From Acinetobacter phage Ab15: 64,000 bases of DNA. Where the stretch lies: the sequence record PP763259.1; one strand, 5' to 3'. Positions 25,967-33,154 of this stretch are shown in pieces. Position 1 is the stretch's first letter, and each line of letters opens with the position of its first letter. The translations under genes were made by a program, and so were the position numbers. The notes under the pieces were generated by a model. It was not told the origin of the DNA. It saw only the letters and a list, made by a program, of their open reading frames with translations, and made no database searches.

Positions 25967-26706
25967 CTGAGTAAATTAAGAATTACCCTTCGGGGTATGG
26001 GTCGTGTATAACCCTTAGATAAACTGCAAAACAGTATAAAGTCGTAACGGCAGTTATGGCGCAGATTAAAAATCTGTCAAGTACACACTCAAGGTATCAT
26101 ACTTATGTGGCGTAGAGCCAATCGGTGTAAACCATTTAAGTATGGGAGTGTAATGCTCCTGAGTCGATAGACAATAAGAGAACTTGAAGGTATCTAGCGA
26201 AGTTGATTGTCAAGTCAAAACGCTGTTTACCATTGTGAGAGGTATATAGAGTTTAACAGGTGGTGCTGAATCTCGTAGTCCTAAACCAAGTGGACAATAT
26301 ATGCTTGAAACATCGTGCATGGTAAAGCACATTAGGTAGTGTGGTATTGATGGGTTCAAAAGATCTGTTAGCCACAGAGAAACCACTATCTATGCAATAC
26401 AAATTTCATTTTAGGAAAAAATTAAATTCAAAAGTGTTTCTCACGTTGGCATGAAAGGTGCTTACATAGTAATGGGTTGTCCATTGCACATTTAACCCGA
26501 AAGGTTATTTGTAGTTTCATGAAAGGATTATGTTTGGTAGGCATACTAGCATAGTTTGAGTATTGGGAGAGTAGTTCCAACGTCTAAGAGTGGTTAGCTA
26601 TACTGACCAGCACTGATCACTACTATATAAAGTATAGTGGATAAGGAGGGAAAAATAATCCTCTCAAGGTGGTCATTTAAACGTGTAATCTCAGCGTTTT
26701 ACTTGT

Positions 26707-26782
26707 GGCTCGTTAGCTCAATCGGGAGAGCACTACACTGTCACTGTAGAGGTAATGGGATCGAAACCCATACGAGTCGCCA
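26707..26782 (+). tRNA. tRNA-Asp (anticodon GTC)
   Basis: The acceptor is ggctcgt/acgagtc and the anticodon stem is ctaca/tgtag with loop ctGTCac. The T-arm is ggatcgaaaccc, with discriminator G and CCA. Confidence 0.7.
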
Positions 26783-26784
26783 AT

Positions 26785-26861
26785 AGGACGTTAGCTTAGA
26801 GGCTTAAAGCAACTGTCTTTTAACCAGAAGATCATAGGTTCAAATCCTATACGTCCTACCA
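26785..26861 (+). tRNA. tRNA (77 nt) with irregular anticodon arm; possibly Lys (TTT)
   Basis: The acceptor aggacgt/acgtcct and the T-arm atagg-ttcaaat-cctat with A-CCA are perfect. The anticodon region aactgtcttttaaccagaag folds only with a weak stem or an 8-nt loop. Confidence 0.5.
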
Positions 26862-26866
26862 ACAAT

Positions 26867-26941
26867 GGTGACTTTAGTGTAATGGTTAGCATCACTCCCT
26901 GTGAAGGAGAAGGTCAGGGTTCAAATCCCGAAGTCACACCA
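26867..26941 (+). tRNA. tRNA-His (anticodon GTG) with extra 5' G
   Basis: G-1 is present, the acceptor is gtgactt/aagtcac and the anticodon stem is ctcc/ggag with loop ctGTGaa. The T-loop is ttcaaat and the 3' end is ACCA. Confidence 0.5.
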
Positions 26942-27465
26942 AGAATTTTAAGAATTTCAAAAGAGTATAGGTACAGTCCTGAAAGTTTGAAAGTGGGGCG
27001 ACACCTGCCTGAAGTAGTAGCTGATAATGGCCTGTTAGTGAATCTAAGTGGTGTGACTTGACTGACTTGGAGAGGAAGGTCGGGGCAAAGCACAAGTAGC
27101 TGAGATGGATTAGCGCTACCCTGAAGAGGTTGAGAGGTTGGATCGTTACCAACATTGTGCACCAAATTTTTAAAAGAAGAATTATTTTAGGATTACCATA
27201 ACCTAAAGGCTCGAAGGGGCGGTCTGCAACATCGTTGTTAGTGAGTTGAAGTCTCACATGGTAATCCAAAGTGATTTTTATAGAGGTTAAACCAGATAGG
27301 TTCTGGGACACCCTGCTAAGGTGATCGTGCTAGAAATAGCATTCGGATCGAGACCGATGACCTCTGCCAAATTTGTTGTGTGCTCCACAGGTTGATTCTG
27401 TTACGGTTATCCTCAAGACCAGACCGTAACAGGATGAGTTAAGCTTCTCTAAAAAAGCAAGTTTT

Positions 27466-27541
27466 GATTCCTTAGCTCAATTGGTAGAGCATTTCCCTTA
27501 CAAGGAAGAGGTCGTAGGTTCGAAACCTACAGGAATCACCA
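27466..27541 (+). tRNA. tRNA-Val (anticodon TAC)
   Basis: The acceptor gattcct/aggaatc is perfect and the D-stem is gctc/gagc. The anticodon stem is tttcc/ggaag with loop ctTACaa. The T-arm is gtagg-ttcgaaa-cctac, with A-CCA. Confidence 0.7.
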
Positions 27542-27666
27542 AATTTAGATATGGGAGTTGCAGGATTCTCCCACTGTTAGCTACTTTTAGAGTAGTCCGT
27601 GTAGGTTGACCGAACGAAGTTGTCGGTGATGCTACCAGAGCAGAACATTAATCAACACCTGTACTT

Positions 27667-27755
27667 GGTGGGTAGCGTCAAGGTGACAAAGAGGGCTTGA
27701 ACCCCTTGCCAATTGTGATGAGCAGTTGAGAGTTCGATTCTTTTACCCATCGCCA
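27667..27755 (+). tRNA. tRNA-Ser (anticodon TGA), type II with long variable arm
   Basis: 89 nt. The acceptor is ggtgggt/acccatc and the anticodon stem is gaggg/ccctt with loop ctTGAac. The variable arm is long, the T-loop is ttcgatt and the 3' end is G-CCA. Confidence 0.5.
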
Positions 27756-27756
27756 A

Positions 27757-27830
27757 GCGTTTATAGTGTAGTGGTAACACCCTGTACTTCCAATTCAGTA
27801 TCTTCGGTTCGAATCCGAATAGACGCTCCA
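27757..27830 (+). tRNA. tRNA-Gly (anticodon TCC)
   Basis: The acceptor is gcgttta/tagacgc and the D-stem is gtgt/acac. The anticodon loop is ctTCCaa and the T-arm is ttcgg-ttcgaat-ccgaa, with T-CCA. Confidence 0.6.
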
Positions 27831-27852
27831 GATTATGTTTATGGACACTTCC

Positions 27853-27970
27853 TAAGGTTCTTTCTACAGGTTCGAAACTGTTTTAAGAATTGCTGGTGCT
27901 AGGTTTAGCGTCAAGAATCATTCGAAGGGTTCTTGGGGTGGTGAGTTCGATTCTCACAGTGTTCCCCCGA
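27853..27970 (+). other. tRNA-like element about 117 nt, too long for a canonical tRNA
   Basis: The terminal pairing is ggacact/agtgttc and the T-arm gtgag-ttcgatt-ctcac is perfect. An internal second T-arm-like ctacag-gttcgaa-actgt is present and there is no encoded CCA. Confidence 0.25.
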
Positions 27971-27983
27971 TTTTAAAGTTTAT

Positions 27984-28060
27984 CTCTGTGTAGCTCAGTT
28001 TGGTAGAGCACTCGCTTTGGGAGTGAGGGGTCGTAAGTTCAATTCTTACTACAGAGACCA
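27984..28060 (+). tRNA. tRNA-Pro (anticodon TGG)
   Basis: The acceptor is ctctgtg/tacagag and the D-arm is gctc-agtttggta-gagc. The anticodon stem is ctcgc/gtgag with loop ttTGGga. The T-arm is gtaag-ttcaatt-cttac, with A-CCA. Confidence 0.7.
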
Positions 28061-28147
28061 GTTATGAAGTGTTTGTACAGCTATCAGCTCACCGTTTAAA
28101 GGATACGGACAAGTCGGCTCGACTAAAGACTCACTTCATATGTTTTT

Positions 28148-28224
28148 GGGTAGTTGAAGGGAATGGCATACCTTTCACGCTTAGAACGTGAAGTTTCTGA
28201 GTTCGAGTCTCAGACTACCTACCA
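28148..28224 (+). tRNA. tRNA with anticodon TAG (Leu-type anticodon) but short variable arm (type I)
   Basis: The acceptor is gggtagt/actacct and the anticodon stem tcacg/cgtga is perfect, with loop ctTAGaa. The variable loop is 5 nt. The T-arm is ctgag-ttcgagt-ctcag, with A-CCA. Confidence 0.55.
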
Positions 28225-28230
28225 AATTCT

Positions 28231-28306
28231 GGGGATATAGCCCAATGGCAGAGGCAAGAGGTTTAAACCCTCTCAAGTTTCAGTTCGAATCTGAATATCC
28301 CTACCA
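28231..28306 (+). tRNA. tRNA with anticodon TAA (Leu-type anticodon) but short variable arm (type I)
   Basis: The acceptor ggggata/tatccct and the anticodon stem agagg/cctct are perfect. The loop is ttTAAac and the variable loop is 4 nt. The T-arm is ttcag-ttcgaat-ctgaa, with A-CCA. Confidence 0.6.
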
Positions 28307-28321
28307 ATTTAGGAGTGCTAC

Positions 28322-28603
28322 ATGGAAGTATTACTTGTTAGTGATTGTAGATGCCAAGAGCGTTATGACTTTGCAGATATTGTAAAGGATGCTCAAGAAC
28401 AAGGTATTAAAATTAAGTATACATTAGTTCCTAAGAAGATATCCTATGAAGATAGAACTTACACATTTGTTAATGTTGAAGATCTCACTAAGGATAAAAG
28501 TTGTATTGTTGGTAAGAAGTTTGATGATGTCTATTTGACACCAGAAGCTAAAGATGCTATACCTTTAGGGTTGCTATCATTTATACTTACAAGAATACGT
28601 TAA
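28322..28603 (+). CDS. hypothetical protein inside tRNA cluster
   Basis: 93 aa with the SD aggag 7 nt upstream of the ATG. Confidence 0.5.
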   Translation: MEVLLVSDCRCQERYDFADIVKDAQEQGIKIKYTLVPKKISYEDRTYTFVNVEDLTKDKSCIVGKKFDDVYLTPEAKDAIPLGLLSFILTRIR

Positions 28604-28610
28604 GGTTAAT

Positions 28611-28687
28611 GTGCCATTAGCTCAATTGGATAGAGCAGAAGGTTTCTACCCTTAAGGTTGGGAGTTCGAATCTCTCATGGCATGCCA
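28611..28687 (+). tRNA. tRNA-Arg (anticodon TCT)
   Basis: The acceptor is gtgccat/atggcat and the D-arm is gctc-aattggata-gagc. The anticodon loop is ttTCTac and the T-arm is gggag-ttcgaat-ctctc, with G-CCA. Confidence 0.6.
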
Positions 28688-28700
28688 ATTAAAAGTTTAT

Positions 28701-28775
28701 TCCGAATTAGCTCAATGGTAGAGCAGTGCTTTTGTAATGCAAAGGTTGTGTGTTCGAATCACACATTCGGAACCA
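28701..28775 (+). tRNA. tRNA-Thr (anticodon TGT), weak anticodon stem
   Basis: The acceptor tccgaat/attcgga is perfect, the D-arm is gctc-aatggta-gagc and the T-arm gtgtg-ttcgaat-cacac is perfect. The loop tttTGTaa is flanked by only 3 Watson-Crick pairs. Confidence 0.6.
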
Positions 28776-28780
28776 ATTTA

Positions 28781-28858
28781 GGTCCTTTAGCACATATTGG
28801 TCTGTGCACCATGCTCATAACGTGGAGGATTTTGGTTCGATTCCAAAAAGGACCACCA
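28781..28858 (+). tRNA. tRNA-Met (anticodon CAT)
   Basis: The acceptor is ggtcctt/aaggacc, the anticodon stem is ccatg/cgtgg with loop ctCATaa and the T-arm is tttgg-ttcgatt-ccaaa, with A-CCA. Confidence 0.65.
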
Positions 28859-28922
28859 GTTTATATTGGGGAGTGTACTTGTCCTACATTCCACCAATGT
28901 AAACAACATAGAGGACAAGTCT

Positions 28923-29435
28923 ATGCAAGAGTTTTGGAAAGATGTTGTAGGTTATGAAGATTATTTCATGGTTTCTGATTTAGGTAGGGTTTACTCTAAA
29001 AGGTCAGGGAAGATTTTAAAACAGCATACTAACAGGAAAGGCTATATGCAGATTTCTACTAGAATTGGTGGTAGAAAAGGTATGGTTGTTTGTTTCAAGG
29101 TACATCGTTTGGTTGCTGAGGCTTTTATTAAAAATCCAGAAGGTAAAATAGCTGTTAACCACAAGAATGGTGTTAAAGACGATAATTGTGTAGGTAATCT
29201 AGAGTGGGTCACTCATAAAGAAAACCTAAAACATGCTGTTGATACAGGGCTGCTTAATTACGACCACTTGTTTGGTGCAAAACATCCAAAAAGAGTTTTG
29301 AGTTATCTTGAAGCAGAGGAAATTAGGCTGCTGCATCGAACTTCATCTAGATCATTAAGATCTATTGCTAAGGAGTTTCAGTGCCACCATCAGACAGTCC
29401 GAGAAATTATTGGTATGAAAACATATCTATCCTGA
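28923..29435 (+). CDS. HNH homing endonuclease (NUMOD4 plus HNH_3) inserted in tRNA cluster
   Basis: The likely start is MQEFWKDVVGYEDYFMVSDLGRVYS, behind the SD gagga. The HNH core is VNHKNGVKDDNCVGNLEWVTHKENLKHA. The track ORF starts earlier, at 28866. Confidence 0.7.
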   Translation: MQEFWKDVVGYEDYFMVSDLGRVYSKRSGKILKQHTNRKGYMQISTRIGGRKGMVVCFKVHRLVAEAFIKNPEGKIAVNHKNGVKDDNCVGNLEWVTHKENLKHAVDTGLLNYDHLFGAKHPKRVLSYLEAEEIRLLHRTSSRSLRSIAKEFQCHHQTVREIIGMKTYLS

Positions 29436-29590
29436 CACTATCAAATTGGATTAAGGTGTTGGTACGTGACATCCTTAATCGGCATGATTTTAGTTTATGT
29501 CGATGTGATAAACATGACTAGATAGATATGTCGATAAAAACTAGAAATTAAAACACGTAGTATTAAAATGTTAAAAATAATTAAACAAAA

Positions 29591-29626
29591 CACTTGACAA
29601 ATAGATTTTTAGTGTTATATATAATA
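29591..29626 (+). promoter_or_regulatory. candidate promoter (TTGACA -35, TATATA -10 region)
   Basis: The sequence cacTTGACAaatagatttttagtgtTATATAtaat lies upstream of the tRNA at 29648. Confidence 0.4.
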
Positions 29627-29647
29627 TATAAGCAATTAAGTTTTCAT

Positions 29648-29722
29648 AGCGAGGTAGTGTAACGGTTTGCACAGGGGACTCATAATCCTCTGGTTTGGGT
29701 TCGAATCCCAACTTCGCTTCCA
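29648..29722 (+). tRNA. second tRNA with anticodon CAT (elongator Met or Ile2/lysidine type; not initiator-like)
   Basis: The acceptor is agcgagg/cttcgct and the D-arm is gtgt-aacggtt-tgcac. The anticodon stem is gggga/tcctc with loop ctCATaa. The T-arm is ttggg-ttcgaat-cccaa, with T-CCA. The 1:72 pair is A:T, not the initiator mismatch. Confidence 0.65.
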
Positions 29723-29742
29723 GTTTCGGAGGATCAATTATC

Positions 29743-30057
29743 GTGTATTTAGAACTAGTAGAAAATGAAGCATTTAGCCAGATTGGTACAAACCGAAAGG
29801 TTATCTTCAAATTTGGTGCAAAATGGTGCTCTGGTTGTAAAGCGATAACTCCAGTCCTCAAAAAATTATCTGAACAAAATCCTGATATTATCTTTGTAGA
29901 TATCGATATTGAGCAATCGAAAGGATTAGCTGAAAGATTTAATGTTCAGACCTTACCAACTTTCATATCTTTCCAAGAGTCCTTAAAGAAGGATACCATT
30001 GTAGGTACTCCTAAAATTACTCAGTTGAAAGAAATGATCGCAAATATGCAAAAATAA
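29743..30057 (+). CDS. trx: thioredoxin
   Basis: The active-site motif is FGAKWCSGCK and the protein has a Trx-fold length. The likely start is GTG 29743 behind ggagga. The track ORF start at 29695 would overlap the tRNA. Confidence 0.7.
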   Translation: MYLELVENEAFSQIGTNRKVIFKFGAKWCSGCKAITPVLKKLSEQNPDIIFVDIDIEQSKGLAERFNVQTLPTFISFQESLKKDTIVGTPKITQLKEMIANMQK

Positions 30058-30203
30058 TAATAAAATACATCGGTTCCGTTCCAAACCTTTAGTTTAAGGT
30101 TTTTCTCCAATCCCACTAACCAAATAACTGTTATGGATGACACAAGTCAATAATAGGGAATAATTAAGGTTAGTGGGTTTTCTTTTATTCAAGGAGTGTA
30201 AGT

Positions 30204-31634
30204 ATGAGTAACATATTTGCACCTTGCTCTCCAGTACAAGCGAAGCTACTTCAAAGTGATGCCACAATCACAGTTTATGGTGGATCTATGGGCAGTGCTA
30301 AAACCTATGGAGGTCTACTAAGACACCTTCAATATGTAAATAGTCCACATTATGTTGGTTACGTAATCCGTAAAAATGAAGTAGTTCTGAGGGCTGGTGG
30401 TGGTGCTTTTGAAGAAGCCAAAGCTTTATACAAGGCATTTGAGCCAAGAGTTAAAATCACAGAGAAACCTATGAGGTTTCGCTTTCCTTCTGGTGCTGTA
30501 ATTAACTTTGCAGGTGCTGAAGATGAGAAAGCTATGGAAAAATATCGTGGTCTTAACTTAACTGGTGTAATGGTCGATGAAGGTACACAGTTATCAGAAA
30601 GACAAATTTGGTTCTTGATCTCTCGTTTGCGTAACGGTAAAGATCCAAACATTATGCCAAATATATGGATTACATGTAACCCTGACCCTGATAGTTATTT
30701 GTTTGAATGGGTTAAGTGGTATTTATATCCTGTAGGGCATCCTCTTGCTGGAAGACCTGATAAAGATAAGAATGGATTAAAAAGATATTTCGTATCGACT
30801 CCAGAAGGTTTAGTTTGGAGTGATAATGAACAGGAACTACTTGATAAGTATCCACATTTATTTACAAAAGGGACTAGACCACTAAGTTTTAGATTTATTG
30901 GTGGTACAGTTTACGATAACCCACCTCTTCTTAAGAACTCACCTCAATATCTTCAAAACCTACTCCAACAGAAAGACCGAGTAGTGCGAGAACGTGAGTT
31001 GTACGGCAACTGGTTTGCACGTAGGGAAGATTCAAGTTACTTCAACAGGTCTTGGTGTGAGATAGTTGATAAGCCTCCTGAAAGGGTCCGTAAAAGGGTT
31101 CGTTCTTGGGACTTGGCTTTCACATTACCAACTGAGACAAACCCAAACCCCGATTATACCTGTGGTGTTCGTCTGAGTAAAGATGATGAAGGTACAATCT
31201 ATGTTGAAGACATGGTTCTTGAAAGGGTTGGTTCTGGGCAAATTATTGAGTTAATTGCAAAGACTGGCCTAGAAGATGCTGAGATGTTTGGTGTTGTTGA
31301 AACAACAATCCCTCAAGATGCTGGTGGTATGGCTAAATTTGCAGCTAGGGATATGGCCTCTAAGCTAAGAGAGCATGGTGTATCTCCTATTGTAGTTCCT
31401 GTAGGTAATAAAGGCAAACTCGTTCGTTTTATTCCATTCTCAGGTGCAGCACAAAATAAACATGTGAAGATTGTACGTGGTGATTGGAATGCAGCCTTCT
31501 TTCATCAGTTAGAAGCTTTTGGAAGTGGAAATAAGGCTGTGCACGATGATGCTGTCGATGCTGTTGCTGATGCTTATAAAAGAGTAGCAGAAAATAGAAC
31601 GATTGACTATGCCATCGACTTAGCAGTTTTATAA
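30204..31634 (+). CDS. terL: terminase large subunit
   Basis: 476 aa. The N-terminal ATPase region is VYGGSMGSAKTYGG, with a Walker B-like LTGVMVDEGTQL. An acidic nuclease-like C-half follows. It is the first gene of the morphogenesis block, followed by portal. Confidence 0.75.
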   Translation: MSNIFAPCSPVQAKLLQSDATITVYGGSMGSAKTYGGLLRHLQYVNSPHYVGYVIRKNEVVLRAGGGAFEEAKALYKAFEPRVKITEKPMRFRFPSGAVINFAGAEDEKAMEKYRGLNLTGVMVDEGTQLSERQIWFLISRLRNGKDPNIMPNIWITCNPDPDSYLFEWVKWYLYPVGHPLAGRPDKDKNGLKRYFVSTPEGLVWSDNEQELLDKYPHLFTKGTRPLSFRFIGGTVYDNPPLLKNSPQYLQNLLQQKDRVVRERELYGNWFARREDSSYFNRSWCEIVDKPPERVRKRVRSWDLAFTLPTETNPNPDYTCGVRLSKDDEGTIYVEDMVLERVGSGQIIELIAKTGLEDAEMFGVVETTIPQDAGGMAKFAARDMASKLREHGVSPIVVPVGNKGKLVRFIPFSGAAQNKHVKIVRGDWNAAFFHQLEAFGSGNKAVHDDAVDAVADAYKRVAENRTIDYAIDLAVL

Positions 31635-31644
31635 AGGAGTAGTC

Positions 31645-33147
31645 ATGGCTATAAATGAAGTACAAACAGTTTCTGGTTTCAGTGATACTGGAATGGTTGT
31701 TAAAAAACGTGTTAGAAGAAAAAAACTCGACCCAGTAAACGTTGAGTTAGGTGTTCATGGTAATACCTTCAAGGATTTAACTGAAATGAATTGGGATGCT
31801 CTAACATACCCAACAAGCCTTGAAACATACAAATTAATGGGCAAACATTTAGTTATCTCTTCAGCACTTAATTTAATTTCAACCATGATGGCTAGAGTTC
31901 CTTGGAGAATTGAAGCTTACGAGCCTAAAGAGGCTGATATAAAGAATGCTAAATTTATCACTGAAGTGTTTAATGACATGGATGAAGGTTGGCAGACTTT
32001 TATTTCAGAAGTATCAACAATGAACCAATATGGACATTCTGTTCATGAGATTGTTTTAAGATACAGAAGATTTGAGGAAGGTTCACGATACAATGATGGT
32101 AAGATCGGACTAAAATATTTACCAATCAGATCACAACACAGTATTGCTGAATGGGTTTATGACCCTAATGGTAGAACCTTGCTAGGTATTACTCAGAAGA
32201 TTCCTCAAACTAAAAAATATATGGGTTATAAAGAAAAAGAAATCTTTATCCCTATTGAAAGTCTCTTAATTTTCAGAGTCAATCCTCAAGATGGTAGCCC
32301 TATTGGGACAAGCCCTTTAGATGGATGTTATAGTGCTTGGAGATACTTGGTAACTTATCAAGAAATTGAAGGTACAACTGTTAGTAAAAACCTTAACGGT
32401 GTGGGTATTTTTAAAATCCCATCTAAGTATATGGCTGAGCATGCCACTCCAGCAGACCGAAAGGTTTATGAGAATGCAAAACGTATTGTTTCTAATGTGA
32501 ACAATGGTGAGCAAGCTGGTATGGTTATCCCTTCAGATTTTGATGAAGTTAGTGGTAAGCCTTACTTTGGTTTTGAAGTTATTAACTCTACAGCATCTAA
32601 TACATCTGTTACAGGTGAGATTGTTAAAAGATACACCAATGAAATTCTTCAATGCTTGAGTGCAGATTTATTACAACTTGGTTCTACCAATACTGGTTCT
32701 TACTCTCTTGCCGATAGTAAAACTTCTCTAGTAGAAACTGTAGTTGAATCTCGTATGATGGTTATTAAAGAATTAATGAATAGGAAGTTAATTCCAATCA
32801 TTGCAGAAGCTAATGGTATGGATTTAGAAAGACTACCTAAATTTGAATTTGGTGATATCTCTAGACCAGACCTTGAGACTTTCGCTAAGGCAATCCAACA
32901 ACTTACTGCTGTTAATATGGTATATCGCTCAGCACGTAATGTCAACAGAATTGCAGAGATTCTAAGTCTTCCTGACATGGTTGACCCTGATATCTCTAAA
33001 GAGGAACTTGACAAGTTACTTGGTGTTGACCAAGAAATGCAAAGTAAGAGTGGTAAAGGTTACGCTTCTGATACTGGTGGACTTAATGGAACATCAAATA
33101 AAGTAGCTAAGAAGGATAACTCAGCAAATAATTTACAAAATAAGTGA
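31645..33147 (+). CDS. portal protein
   Basis: 500 aa. It is placed between the terminase and the prohead protease. Confidence 0.65.
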   Translation: MAINEVQTVSGFSDTGMVVKKRVRRKKLDPVNVELGVHGNTFKDLTEMNWDALTYPTSLETYKLMGKHLVISSALNLISTMMARVPWRIEAYEPKEADIKNAKFITEVFNDMDEGWQTFISEVSTMNQYGHSVHEIVLRYRRFEEGSRYNDGKIGLKYLPIRSQHSIAEWVYDPNGRTLLGITQKIPQTKKYMGYKEKEIFIPIESLLIFRVNPQDGSPIGTSPLDGCYSAWRYLVTYQEIEGTTVSKNLNGVGIFKIPSKYMAEHATPADRKVYENAKRIVSNVNNGEQAGMVIPSDFDEVSGKPYFGFEVINSTASNTSVTGEIVKRYTNEILQCLSADLLQLGSTNTGSYSLADSKTSLVETVVESRMMVIKELMNRKLIPIIAEANGMDLERLPKFEFGDISRPDLETFAKAIQQLTAVNMVYRSARNVNRIAEILSLPDMVDPDISKEELDKLLGVDQEMQSKSGKGYASDTGGLNGTSNKVAKKDNSANNLQNK

Positions 33148-33154
33148 GGTACTA

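Noticed and set aside
28866-28922. Upstream extension of the HNH endonuclease ORF (track start 28866)
   Set aside because: The extension has no RBS and starts 8 nt after the tRNA-Met 3' end. The internal ATG at 28923 has a good SD (gagga).
24900-29740. Searched for tmRNA-like ends (ggggctgat… / …ttcgacg… / alanine-like acceptor with CCA)
   Set aside because: No tmRNA signature was found. The ORF-free segments are left as unclassified structured RNA.
31429-31665. His/Gln-rich 78-aa minus ORF overlapping terminase 3' end and portal start
   Set aside because: It is antisense to two strongly supported structural genes.
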